A DNA stretch of 63,940 nucleotides, filler included, from Octopus bimaculoides (lineage: Eukaryota), in the NCBI RefSeq assembly GCF_001194135.2. It is 8 parts of 7 records of this genome, joined end to end, with 100 filler letters (N's around TTAATTAATTAA, not from the genome) between each part and the next. Parts side by side here need not be neighbours in the genome. Positions count along the whole stretch, not along the records: positions 50,975 to 63,940 come from NC_069007.1; 7 more parts are not named here. The stretch is one strand, 5' to 3'. Shown here one piece after another: positions 51,186 to 62,501 of the stretch. Below the pieces are notes generated by a model. It was given only the letters and a program-made list of their open reading frames with translations, did no database searches and was not told the origin of the DNA. Position 1 is the first letter of the stretch. Every line of letters begins with the position of its first letter. A program made the translations under genes and the position numbers.

Positions 51186-51864
51186 TGTGTAGAGTTCAGC
51201 AGTCCAACATGGTGAGGTATTGGCCTAGGGCTATAATAGAAGAAACTTAACCAAGTTGCTGTGCAATGGGACTGAACCTAAAACTACATGGCTCTCAAGA
51301 TGAGATTCTTAACTACACAGCAACACATATCTTTCCATCTGTGAACGTTCCATTTGTTTTAGGCTTTTCTCTCTGTGTATGTCTCTGTGTGTGTGCATGT
51401 GTGTATGTGTTTGTGTGTGTGTGCGTGTGTGTGTGTGTGTGTTCATGCATGTGTATGTGTGTGTTTTCTTTCTGTCCAAAATATTCACCCTTTACACTTA
51501 CACTAATGTATCCTGGCTTTAAACAACCATTGACTATTGACAAATCTATTAAGATGAACATTTTGTTGTGATATTTTATTAAACGTTCATATCGATTCTG
51601 TTGGTTCTTTATACAACCAAAATATATTGTTTGGAAGTAGGCAATTATGGCTGTCAAAAGTAATTACCTGTAGCGTGGAAATAGAACTGAATAGTTCAGA
51701 TAACAGTGTGTGTATCATTTGATGTATAATGTATACACATATGTAGAATAGCTGTAGCTGTAGGATAAATATACACATGCAAAACAGCATTAGATTAAAA
51801 TACCTTCTCTTTAGAGACATTGTGTGTTAAAAACACAAGATATGTTCTGAATGACATCAGCAGA

Positions 51865-51911
51865 CCATCAGACACAGATGTTTTGGGTTAATTTTGTCTT
51901 GTCAGTGATGG
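51865..51911 (-). ncRNA. Type I hammerhead ribozyme, array copy 1
   Basis: CCATCA-CTGACAA-GACAAAATTAACCC-AAAA-CAtctgTG-TC-TGATGG (G8A, G12A). Confidence 0.7.
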
Positions 51912-52102
51912 AAACACCCATTCTTTTGGAACTGGCTAGGAACTTTTATTCCTATATAGATCTTACCAAATTTGCTGGTTTGTGCAGAAGCTGGCCAGGC
52001 TTCATTGAATAAATACACTTGAAACAGCTTTAGGTTAAAATAACTTCTCTGTAGAGACTTGGTGTGTTAAAAACACAAGATGTTCTAAAGTGTATCAGTA
52101 GA

Positions 52103-52150
52103 CCATCAGACACTGCTGTTTCAGGTTTATTTTTACTGCATCAGTGATGG
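52103..52150 (-). ncRNA. Type I hammerhead ribozyme, array copy 2
   Basis: CCATCA-CTGATGC-AGtaaaaataaacCT-GAAA-CAgcagTG-TC-TGATGG (only A9C deviates). Confidence 0.78.
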
Positions 52151-52358
52151 ACACACTTGGTTATTTTGAGCTAACCTGGAACTTTTATTCCTATATAGAA
52201 ATTAACAGAAATTAACATGAAATATTTGTAGGTTCGTGTGAAAGCTGGTCGAACTTTAATCAATATACACATGCATAACTTCATTAAATGAAACATAACT
52301 TCTCTTTAGAGACTTCACATGCTAACAAAACCAAAATGCTCTGAATGATATCAGCAGA

Positions 52359-52404
52359 CCATCAGACACCACTGTTTTAGTGTAATTTTACTTCATCAGA
52401 ATGG
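52359..52404 (-). ncRNA. Type I hammerhead ribozyme, array copy 3
   Basis: CCATT-CTGATGA-AGTaaaattacACT-AAAA-CAgtggTG-TC-TGATGG (G12A). Confidence 0.72.
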
Positions 52405-54067
52405 ACAATCCTATACATTTTGAACTAGATAAGAACTTTTATTCATAAAAAGAAATCAAGAAATCAAACATTTACTGGTTTGTGCAGAGGTTGGTCAGGC
52501 TTCAGTTAAATAAATATACACACTTAAAACAGTATTTTCTCTATTCCTCATATTTACTAAGTTCATAACCATGTGATTTTGGGTTTCAATCCCACTGTGT
52601 GATACCCAGGGCAAGTATCTTTTATATATACATGTGTGTACGTGTTTGTGTGTGTGTGTAGCTGTATTGATGAATGTGTGTCTTTGTGTCTGTGCTTGTC
52701 CCAACCATCACTTGACAACTGATGTTGGTGTGTTAATGTCCCTATAAGTGGAGAGGGGTTTCTACATTGAAGATTAGAACTACATGACACTGCTTGTATG
52801 ATGGTTACACTCGTTTACAACTATCATTCAATGTCAGGACAAGGAGACACTAACACACACACCCATGCATATACACACATGCATACACACATGCACAAAC
52901 ACACACACATGTACATCCATGCACACATATATAATGATATAGTTTGGGCAGCTCAGCAAATCAGTCTTAACAAAAAATACAAAGCACAGGGATCGATTTG
53001 CTCAATTAAAATGCTTCAGCGCAGTGATCCAGCATGGCCACAGCCGAATGAATGAAACTAGCAAAAAAATAGAAGAATCAAGGGAAATGTATTTTTTAGA
53101 GTACATTTTTGGATAACTTATGAGATTCTGCATAATACCAAAAGTCAACAGCAAAATGTATTTCTGAAAAATCCAGAATCGCATTACGTTTTTGTGAAGA
53201 TGCAATGTGAGAAGATGATTCTAAATTTAACTCTCCCAAGAATGAGACTTATCTTAAAGAAGAAAGAGTTTAGCTGTGTTTTCTAAATTCTTTTTTTTTT
53301 TCTTTTTCACAGTTTTAAAACTATCAACTACTAAACAACTTTAAAACCACATGATAAGTTTATAACGATCAGCCTATACACACACATACTCATGCATNNN
53401 NNNNNNNNNNNNNNNNNNNNNNNNNNNNNNNNNNNNNNNNNNNNNNNNNNNNNNNNNNNNNNNNNNNNNNNNNNNNNNNNNNNNNNNNNNNNNNNNNNNN
53501 NNNNNNNNNNNNNNNNNNNNNNNNNNNNNNNNNNNNNNNNNNNNNNNNNNNNNNNNNNNNNNNNNNNNNNNNNNNNNNNNNNNNNNNNNNNNNNNNNNNN
53601 NNNNNNNNNNNNNNNNNNNNNNNNNNNNNNNNNNNNNNNNNNNNNNNNNNNNNNNNNNNNNNNNNNNNNNNNNNNNNNNNNNNNNNNNNNNNNNNNNNNN
53701 NNNNNNNNNNNNNNNNNNNNNNNNNNNNNNNNNNNNNNNNNNNNNNNNNNNNNNNNNNNNNNNNNNNNNNNNNNNNNNNNNNNNNNNNNNNNNNNNNNNN
53801 NNNNNNNNNNNNNNNNNNNNNNNNNNNNNNNNNNNNNNNNNNNNNNNNNNNNNNNNNNNNNNNNNNNNNNNNNNNNNNNNNNNNNNNNNNNNNNNNNNNN
53901 NNNNNNNNNNNNNNNNNNNNNNNNNNNNNNNNNNNNNNNNNNNNNNNNNNNNNNNNNNNNNNNNNNNNNNNNNNNNNNNNNNNNNNNNNNNNNNNNNNTA
54001 TATATATATATAGATAGATAGATAGATAGATAGATAGGAAGATAGATAGATAGATATAGATAGAGAT

Positions 54068-54124
<57 letters not shown>

Positions 54125-54555
54125 CAAACAGATATACATAAAAATACATATATATATAGATTGACTGATAGACAGATAGATACACATTCAGAAACAAACA
54201 GGCAGACAGGCACACAGTGAGTGATACATTGCTGTACAAAGTTTTATTACTGTACTTTGGAAATAAATCTTAGGATTGATGCCATGCCAAAACCCGATTA
54301 TTCTCTCTGGGTTACAAAAGGGAAACTTGTTTGCTTGCGCTGTCAATCAATCTGTCCGACTCCAAACAAGCTTATACCTACATACATACATACATACATA
54401 CATGCATGCATATATATATATGCAAGTATGCATGAGCATATATGAGTGTGCACATGCATGTGTGTAGACATGTATATATATATATATATATATATATANN
54501 NNNNNNNNNNNNNNNNNNNNNNNNNNNNNNNNNNNNNNNNNNNNNNNNNNNNNNN

Positions 54556-54592
<37 letters not shown>

Positions 54593-54645
54593 CATACATA
54601 TATATACATGCATTTACATACATATATATGTGTGTATATTTATAT

Positions 54646-55284
54646 AGATTTAGATGAGATTTAGATAGATTTAGATTTAGATGAGATGCAGTTTGGGTTC
54701 GTGCCAGGTAAAAGCACTACTGATGCCTTATTTCTAGTGAGACAGTTGCAGGAGAAATACCTAGCTAAGGATAAACCTCTGTACCTGGCTTTCGTTGACA
54801 TGGAGAAAGCCTTTGACAGGGTCNNNNNNNNNNNNNNNNNNNNNNNNNNNNNNNNNNNNNNNNNNNNNNNNNNNNNNNNNNNNNNNNNNNNNNNNNNNNN
54901 NNNNNNNNNNNNNNNNNNNNNNNNNNNNNNNNNNNNNNNNNNNNNNNNNNNNNNNNNNNNNNNNNNNNNNNNNNNNNNNNNNNNNNNNNNNNNNNNNNNN
55001 NNNNNNNNNNNNNNNNNNNNNNNNNNNNNNNNNNNNNNNNNNNNNNNNNNNNNNNNNNNNNNNNNNNAAAAGACACCATTTCGAGCGTGGCCGTTTTCGT
55101 GCGGGTGACACGTAAAAGCACCCACTACACTCTCTGAGTGGTTGGCGTTAGGAAGGGCATCCAGCTGTAGAAACTCTGCCAAATCAGACTGGAGCCTGGT
55201 GTTGCCATCCGGTTTCACCAGTCCTCAGTCAAATCGTCCAACCCATGCTAGCATGGAAAGCGGACGTTAAACGATGATGATGAT
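54646..55284 (+). mobile_element. 5'-truncated RTE-type LINE (RT fragment, gap, 3' tail with (GAT)n)
   Basis: MQFGFVPGKSTTDALFLVRQLQEKYLAKDKPLYLAFVDMEKAFDRV is a classic RTE RT segment. The tail ends gcggacgttaaacgatgatgatgat. Confidence 0.9.
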
Positions 55285-55381
55285 ATATATATATCTACAT
55301 GCATATAAATATAGATAAATGAATACTTATACATACATACAAATACATATATGTATATATATGCATGCATATGTGTATAAA

Positions 55382-55413
<32 letters not shown>

Positions 55414-55425
55414 CATATCTCTTTC

Positions 55426-55476
<51 letters not shown>

Positions 55477-56329
55477 ATATATGTATATATATGTATGTAT
55501 GTATGTTCATACACACAGGCATACGAAGGGGAAGAGAGGTCTATATAACACAGGCAAGTACACAAAACACATCACCATTGCTGTCGATCAAGGAATTAAA
55601 GGAGAGAGAGAGAGAGACAGACAGAGAGAAAGAGAGAGAGAGAGAGGAAGTGTAATGTTTCTATGATTGAGCTGTGTGGAAAGAGGAATCTCCTGTTTCC
55701 ACAATGGTACAATGGGGAAGTAATAAGCATTTACATTACATTGATTGATGAAGATGACATCAGATAGGAATTGGATAAGGAGTTCTCTAATGTTTAAAAA
55801 TCAATAACTTTGTCTTTGTATTGATTTTTTTTTTATATTCTCCTTATTTGCTGAATTTAGGGAAACGGTTTTGATTCTTTTGTCGTTTATTATGCTGTGA
55901 TGTTTCTTCTTTCTCGTTTTCTCTGGTTTTGGGGTTTCTACTTAAGTTACGATTTCTTTGATTGATGGTGGTAGTGGTGGTGGTGGTTAAGAAGTTACTC
56001 CCCAACCACATTGTTTCAAGTTCAGCTCCCACTGCGTAGCACCTTGGGAAATTATCTCCTACTATAGTGCCAAAACCCTGAAAGGTTTTGAATGGCTTTG
56101 TTTGGCAGAAATTGAAGGAAGCCTAACATATGTATATGTGTATATATATTCATATCTATGTATCTATCTATCTATCTACCCTAGTTTCACTCACTGCAAT
56201 GAAAAATAACATTTGCCCAAGATACCACACCCTGAGATTGAACTCACAGCTTCATGGTTACGAAACAAACTTCTTCACCACTCTGCCATACATTATATTG
56301 TATGATTTTTGCTGTTTCACCTTTACTCT

Positions 56330-56737
56330 TTTTACTCTTTACTCTTTTACTTGTTTCAGTCATTTGACTGTGGCCATGCTGGAGCACTGCCTTTAGTCGA
56401 GCAAATCGACCCCAGGACTTAGTCTTTGTAAGCCTAGTACTTATTCTATCCGTCTCTTTTGCCGAACCGCTAAGTTACGGGGACGTAAACACATCAGCAT
56501 CGGTTGTCAAGCGATGTTGGGAGGGACAAACACAGAAACATATACACACACATACATATATATATATACATATATACGACGGGCTTCTTTCAGTTTCCGT
56601 CTACCAAATCTACTCACAAGGCTTTGGTCGGCCCGAGGCTATAGTAGAAGACACTTGCCCAAGGTGCCATGCAGTGGGACTGAACCTGGAACAATGTGGT
56701 TGGTAAGCAAGCTACTTACCACACAGCCACTCCTGCA
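56330..56737 (-). mobile_element. Full-length SINE family A
   Basis: tRNA-like head, core, internal (TA/CA) tract and tail are all present and near-identical to 14220-14550. Confidence 0.92.
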
Positions 56738-57121
56738 ACTTCCTGCGATTGTTTATTTATTTGTTTATTTATTGAACTGTTAACTACTATTAACAGATAA
56801 CTAAACGCAATAAAATTTTCCCAACCAATACACAAAGGTAAAAGACATGAAATTTCAATACCTATTACACTATTAAACATCAGCAAACACAAATCCAATT
56901 AATGTTTTGTCATTAAATTATCACTAATTGGTTTATAATGATCTGTACATTTTACACTGCTACATATGCAAACCAGTTTCCTGTTTTGTCATAACTAGCT
57001 TGTAACTTATCAGAATAAATTAGATGCAGACACGGCTGTGTGGTTAAGATGCTTGCTTTGTAACCATGTAGTTTTAGGTTCAGTCCCACGGTGCAACAAC
57101 TTGACAAGTCCCCTGCTATTA

Positions 57122-57426
57122 TTGTTGGTACTCCGTCGCTTATGACATCGAGGGTTCCAGTTGATCAGATCAACAGAACAGCCTGCTCGTGAAATTAACA
57201 TAAAAGTGGCTGAGCACTCCACAGACACGTGTACCCTTAACGTAGTTCTCAGGGATATTCAGCATGACACAGTGTGACAAGGCTGACCCTTTGAAATACA
57301 GGCACAACAGAAACAGGAAGAAAGAGTGAGAGAAAGTTGTGGTGGAAGAGTACAGCAGGGTTCGCCAGCATCCCCTGCCGGAGCCTCGTGGAGCTTTAGG
57401 TGTTTTCGCTCAATAAACACTCACAA
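57122..57426 (-). mobile_element. SINE family B (head in gap)
   Basis: Near-identical to the body of 42314-42703. Confidence 0.88.
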
Positions 57427-57725
57427 NNNNNNNNNNNNNNNNNNNNNNNNNNNNNNNNNNNNNNNNNNNNNNNNNNNNNNNNNNNNNNNNNNNNNNNNNN
57501 NNNNNNNNNNNNNNNNNNNNNNNNNNNNNNNNNNNNNNNNNNNNNNNNNNNNNNNNNNNNNNNNNNNNNNNNNNNNNNNNNNNNNNNNNNNNNNNNNNNN
57601 NNNNNNNNNNNNNNNNNNNNNTATACTGCCAGCTTAACCAATGTCATGTGAGTAGTAGCTGGAAACTATGAAGATATACATACATATAGGCAAAGGAGTG
57701 ACTGTGTGGTAAGAAGCTTGCTTCC

Positions 57726-59234
57726 GGTTACTGCGCATGCATTGATTCAGTTGCTGGTTTGGTTTTTTTTTGAGAGTCGGACAGGAGTTTTGTGCTGCTT
57801 CGCAGCGGTTTAGAGAAAATGTATTCAGACTTTAGAGGGTCTGAATTGTTTTCAGCAGAAGAGGAGCTGGTGAAGGTGGTGAGAAGAATAGATGGAATAT
57901 TAGAGAGAACAAGAAGTTTTTCTGAGGCGGCGGAGGTGAAGAGAAAGGATGTAGACCTGGCTTGACTAAAGGAATAAGGGAAAATGATGCAGAGGGTGGG
58001 CGGCGACGTGAAGTTGTTGCTGCCTAAAAGAATCATGGAGCAAATGGAGAGGAAACTATCACCTATAGGGTGCACTTGCTGAAGAACAAAAAGGCTGAAC
58101 AGGTGGAAGTGAAAATAATAGAAAAAGCGCTAAGAAAACGGTCGAACCAAATAATGTATATAACCAAAGGATGTAAATATGGGACAGAGGTCATCCAGTT
58201 TGGGACAGAGGTCATCCAGTTTGGGACAGAGGTCATCCAGTTTAGAACAGTGGAGGAGGTGAGGAGGCTGGCGAGGACAGAAGAGGTGGTGCTTCTGCCC
58301 ACATATCTTGGAAGAAAGACTTCCAAGGTAAGGGTGGAAGCAATCCCACCTGATATAGAAGTTAGAAGTGGCTTGGGTGGAGGCAGCCGTCCTTGTTGGA
58401 AGTGAGGAGGAGGTGGCTGTCCCACAAGCCACGGAAATGGAAGAAGGAGGATGGAGAGGGAAATCACTGGATCTCATCCTGCAGGCAGAGGAGAAGCAGT
58501 TAGAGAGTCTGGTGGAGACGGTGACGTTGGGAGAAATTGTGTTCAGAGAGTGGGTGGATGGCAGGGTCCCACGTTGCTTTAAATGTGGCCAAAAGGGCCA
58601 CATTAGAGCACACTGCCCTCTACAGAAGAAAAGAGTAGATGAAACAGCAGACGAACCAGTTGAGGAGATGGAGGAGAAAACAGAGGAAGAAGAGATGGAG
58701 GAAAGGAGGAAGAATGGATAGTAACAGAGAGTAGAAGAAGAGGAAGAAAAGAAAGAACACTGAGTGTGATGTGGTACACCAGTCCAACTCAATCCCACCC
58801 AAGACCACTCAGACCCACCCTCCCCATACAGACACCAGACCCACCCACACCCTTTTCCCACAAGAAATAAAAGGAAAAGAGCAGACACCATAGAATTTAG
58901 AAGACCCCCTCCCCCAGTGAAAAAGGTTACGAAAGAGTGTTGTCATTGAGCGATAGCGAGAGCGGAAATAGAAGGACTAGACCAGAGACTAAAGAGGAAT
59001 TAGGACTGAGAGGCAGCAAGTGGTGTTACTCAGTGTAGGGTGAGTAGTACACTCTTCATATTTTCATTTTCAGAAAGCATTCATGTTATCATAACCTTAA
59101 TTTATTTTCTCATGTTCATTTTCGCGTCACTCATAGTATCATATTTTATTTTTACATATTTTTCATTGTTATATGTCCCAACATGTTTTGTAGTGTCCCC
59201 TCTATGTTATGCTTTATGGCAAAATATTGAAATA
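57726..59234 (+). mobile_element. Complete 1509-bp ORF1(gag)-only LINE derivative with 15-bp TSD
   Basis: TSD AAGAAGCTTGCTTCC lies at 57711-57725 and 59235-59249. The insert has a short 5' UTR, ORF1 with a CCHC knuckle and an AT-rich 3' UTR ending in an AATAAA-like signal; no endonuclease or RT is visible. Confidence 0.85.
57819..58721 (+). pseudogene. Decayed gag-like ORF1 with CCHC zinc knuckle
   Basis: MYSDFRGSELF..; IMYITKGCKYGTEVIQF(x3)RTVEEV..LLPTYLGRKTSKVRVEAIPPDIE..; GRVPRCFKCGQKGHIRAHCP (CX2CX4HX4C). It carries stops and frameshifts. Confidence 0.85.
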
Positions 59235-59350
59235 AAGAAGCTTGCTTCCCAACCACATAGTCCCTTGGGCAAGTGTCTTCTACTATAGCCTCAGGCTGAC
59301 CAAAGCATTGTGAGTGGATTTGGTAGACAGAAACTGAAAGAAGCCCGTCG

Positions 59351-59409
<59 letters not shown>

Positions 59410-59687
59410 TTATTTGNNNNNNNNNNNNNNNNNNNNNNNNNNNNNNNNNNNNNNNNNNNNNNNNNNNNNNNNNNNNNNNNNNNNNNNNNNNNNNNNNNNN
59501 NNNNNNNNNNNNNNNNNNNNNNNNNNNNNNNNNNNNNNNNNNNNNNNNNNNNNNNNNNNNNNNNNNNNNNNNNNNNNNNNNNNNNNNNNNNNNNNNNNNN
59601 NNNNNNNNNNNNNNNNNNNNNNNNNNNNNNNNNNNNNNNNNNNNNNNNNNNNNNNNNNNNNNNNNNNNNNNNNNNNNNNNNNNNNAT

Positions 59688-59885
59688 CCCATCATCATCA
59701 TCATTACCATCATTTAACGTCTATTTTCTATGCTGGCATAGGCTGGACAGTTTGACCAGAGCTGGCCAGCCAGAGAACTGCACCAGGTTCCAGTCTAATT
59801 TGGCTAGATTTTACAGCTCAAGGCCCTTCCTAATGCCTACCACTTTTCAGTGTCTGTTGGGTGTTTTTAACATGGCACCAAAACA
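59688..59885 (-). mobile_element. Old copy of the RTE-type 3' tail
   Basis: (CAT)n-tttaacgtc..tatgctggcatagg..gcccttcctaatgcc matches 15601-15889. Another degraded copy lies at ~61436-61590. Confidence 0.6.
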
Positions 59886-59904
59886 AGCACATTTGATATA
59901 CATA

Positions 59905-60015
59905 AACAGAGTGGCTGTGTGGTAAGAAGCTTGCTTCCCAACCACATGGTTTCAGGTTCAGTCTCACTATGTGGTATTTCGGCAAGTGTCTTCTATAACC
60001 TCGGGCCGACCAAAG
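59905..60015 (+). mobile_element. SINE family A, partial
   Basis: gtggctgtgtggtaagaagcttgcttcccaaccacatgg..ggcaagtgtcttctataacctcgggccgaccaaag. Confidence 0.8.
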
Positions 60016-60309
60016 TATGTATGTATGTGTGAGTGTGTCTGTGTATGTGTGCGTGAATCCATATGTGTGTATGTGTGTGTAGTGATGGTGGGGATAATGA
60101 TGATGATGATGATTACACTAATGCACTTCAACAAATATGAATCTAATTAATGCTTCATCAGTAACCAATCACTAATGAGTTTAAAATGATCTGTATATTT
60201 TACACTCCCATGTGTACAGATCATTTTCTGCTTTGTCATAAATAATGTATAACCTGTTAGTATTAGACACATACATAGCTGTTTGGTAAGAAGCTTTCTT
60301 TGTTTCTAA

Positions 60310-60500
60310 AGGTGGCGAGCTGGCAGAAGCGTTAGCACACCAGGCGAAATGCTTAGCAGTATTTCGTCTGTCGCTATGTTCTGAGTTCAAATTCCACTAA
60401 GGTTGACTTTGCCTTTTATCCATTCGGGATCGATTAAATAAGTACCATTTACGCACTGGGGTGGATATAATCGACTTAATTCGTTTGTCTGTCCTTAGAG
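60310..60500 (+). mobile_element. SINE family C
   Basis: ggtggcgagctggcagaagcgttagcac..ctgagttcaaattccactaaggttgactttgcc. Confidence 0.85.
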
Positions 60501-61380
60501 GAGTTAGATGAAGAGGGAAGGAGAGTTGAGCCCATGTGGTGCAAAGGAGCAAAGAGAGAAGATTAATTCTTGTTCATGACAAAGATGGGAATCCAGATGG
60601 CCCCTGTGCAAACATAATTCTAACACAGACAGGTGTTGTAAAGAATGACCAGTAGAGCAGAAATGGCATGAGACTGGGGTGTAAGCTGCCGATGTCTCGG
60701 AGGTGTTCCGCAAACCAGTCAGCCAAGCAGCGTCCCGTTTGACTGATGTACAGAGAAGGACAGAGAGAGCCAGAGATACAATATATATATGTATGTATGG
60801 ATGGATATATGTATGTGTATATATATNNNNNNNNNNNNNNNNNNNNNNNNNNNNNNNNNNNNNNNNNNNNNNNNNNNNNNNNNNNNNNNNNNNNNNNNNN
60901 NNNNNNNNNNNNNNNNNNNNNNNNNNNNNNNNNNNNNNNNNNNNNNNNNNNNNNNNNNNNNNNNNNNNNNNNNNNNNNNNNNNNNNNNNNNNNNNNNNNN
61001 NNNNNNNNNNNNNNNNNNNNNNNNNNNNNNNNNNNNNNNNNNNNNNNNNNNNNNNNNNNNNNNNNNNNNNNNNNNNNNNNNNNNNNNNNNNNNNNNNNNN
61101 NNNNNNNNNNNNNNNNNNNNNNNNNNNNNNNNNNNNNNNNNNNNNNNNNNNNNNNNNNNNNNNNNNNNNNNNNNNNNNNNNNNNNNNNNNNNNNNNNNNN
61201 NNNNNNNNNNNNNNNNNNNNNNNNNNNNNNNNNNNNNNNNNNNNNNNNNNNNNNNNNNNNNNNNNNNNNNNNNNNNNNNNNNNNNNNNNNNNNNNNNNNN
61301 NNNNNNNNNNNNNNNNNNNNNNNNNNNNNNNNNNNNNNNNNNNNNNNNNNNNNNNNNNNNNNNNNNNNNNNNNNNNNNNN

Positions 61381-61431
<51 letters not shown>

Positions 61432-62114
61432 GGAGCTGAAAGCCAGACAGATGCAACAGGCTCCAATTGTCTGTTTTGGCATAGTTTCTACAGAGGGATG
61501 CCCTTCCTAGTGCCAGTCACTTTACAGGGTGTACTAGGGGCTTTTTACGTGGCACCAGCATGGGTGCTCCTTGCATGGCACTGACGCAGTTAAATTTTAT
61601 GTAATACTGGCATGAGTGCTTTTCCCTCAGCACTGGCTTGGGTGCATTTTATGCAGCAGTAGTGCAGGTGCTTTTTTATATGGCATATATATGTATGTAT
61701 GTGTGTATATGTATGTATGTGTCCGTGTGTATTTTGTTCTATTTGTGCTCTGTATAATTTTTCAGCTCCAAGCAGAAATGTTGCTGACATCTCCCCTGAT
61801 AATTCTCCTGCCAACAAATCAGCCACTTGCTTCACACATTTGAAGATATATGAAATTAGAGATTGCATACTTGAAAATCCGCAAAGGTTTAGCAAGAAGA
61901 CAAGTATCCAGCTGTATAATAATACCTCAATAAAATATTCATCTAATGCATGGCAGCATACAAAAACAGACGTAAAAACAAATATACTTTCAGTTTGTGC
62001 AATTCATCCTGATGCTATTTTTAAATAAAGGGGCCCCAATCTTTATATAGCTTAAGGCCTCATGGACTTTAAATCTGGCACTGTATTTTTATGTTTTGCT
62101 TAGTATTTTAACTA

Positions 62115-62501
62115 GTGAAGTCGCAATGGCCCAGTGGTTAGGGCAGCGGACTCGCGGTCATAGGATCGCAGTTTCGATTCCCAGACCGGGCGTTGTGAGC
62201 GTTTATTGAGCGAAAACACCTAAAGCTCCACGAGGCTCCGGCAGAGGATGGTGGCGAACCCTGCTGTACTCTTTCACCACAACTTTCTCTTACTCTTTCT
62301 TCTTGTTTCTGTTGTGCCTGTAATTCAAAGGGTCAGCCTTGTCACATTCTGTGTCACGCTTAATATCCCCCGAGAACTACGTTAAGGGTACACGTGTCTG
62401 TGGAGTGCTCAGCCACTTGCACGTTAATTTCACGAGCAGGTTGTTCCATTGATTGGATCAACTGGAACCCTCGACGTCGTAAGCGACGGAGTGCCAACAA
62501 C
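62115..62501 (+). mobile_element. Full-length SINE family B with 13-bp TSD
   Basis: TSD AGTATTTTAACTA at 62102-62114 and 62502-62514; tRNA-like head tggcccagtggttagggc..gtttcgattccc; (CAA) tail. Confidence 0.93.

Larger units (their letters stand above)
51766..52532 (-). repeat. Tandem array of ~3.1 units of 238-256 bp, each with a hammerhead fold (candidate retrozyme)
   Basis: Unit landmarks recur: agagac at 51813/52053/52308, gaccatcagacac at ~51863/52101/52357, aacttttatt at 51941/52180/52434. Confidence 0.9.
57688..59352 (+). mobile_element. SINE family A split by the ORF1-only insertion (57688-57725 + 59235-59352)
   Basis: The head ..gactgtgtggtAAGAAGCTTGCTTCC resumes after the insert as AAGAAGCTTGCTTCCcaaccacat..gggcaagtgtcttctactatagcc. 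Confidence 0.85.

Noticed and set aside
51766-52532. Interpretation of the regular repeat as a CRISPR array or as tandem coding exons
   Set aside because: The context is eukaryotic, whole units are homologous (no unique spacers), and there is no conserved open frame; conservation instead tracks the RNA helices.
55201-55235. CTGAGGA..GAAA on the antisense strand of the RTE tail
   Set aside because: There is no stem II pairing, no UH cleavage site and no stem I, so it is not a hammerhead.
62121-62195. tRNA-like sequences with A/B boxes at SINE heads
   Set aside because: They continue into repeated SINE bodies with TSDs and lack a proper acceptor stem, so they are not tRNA genes.
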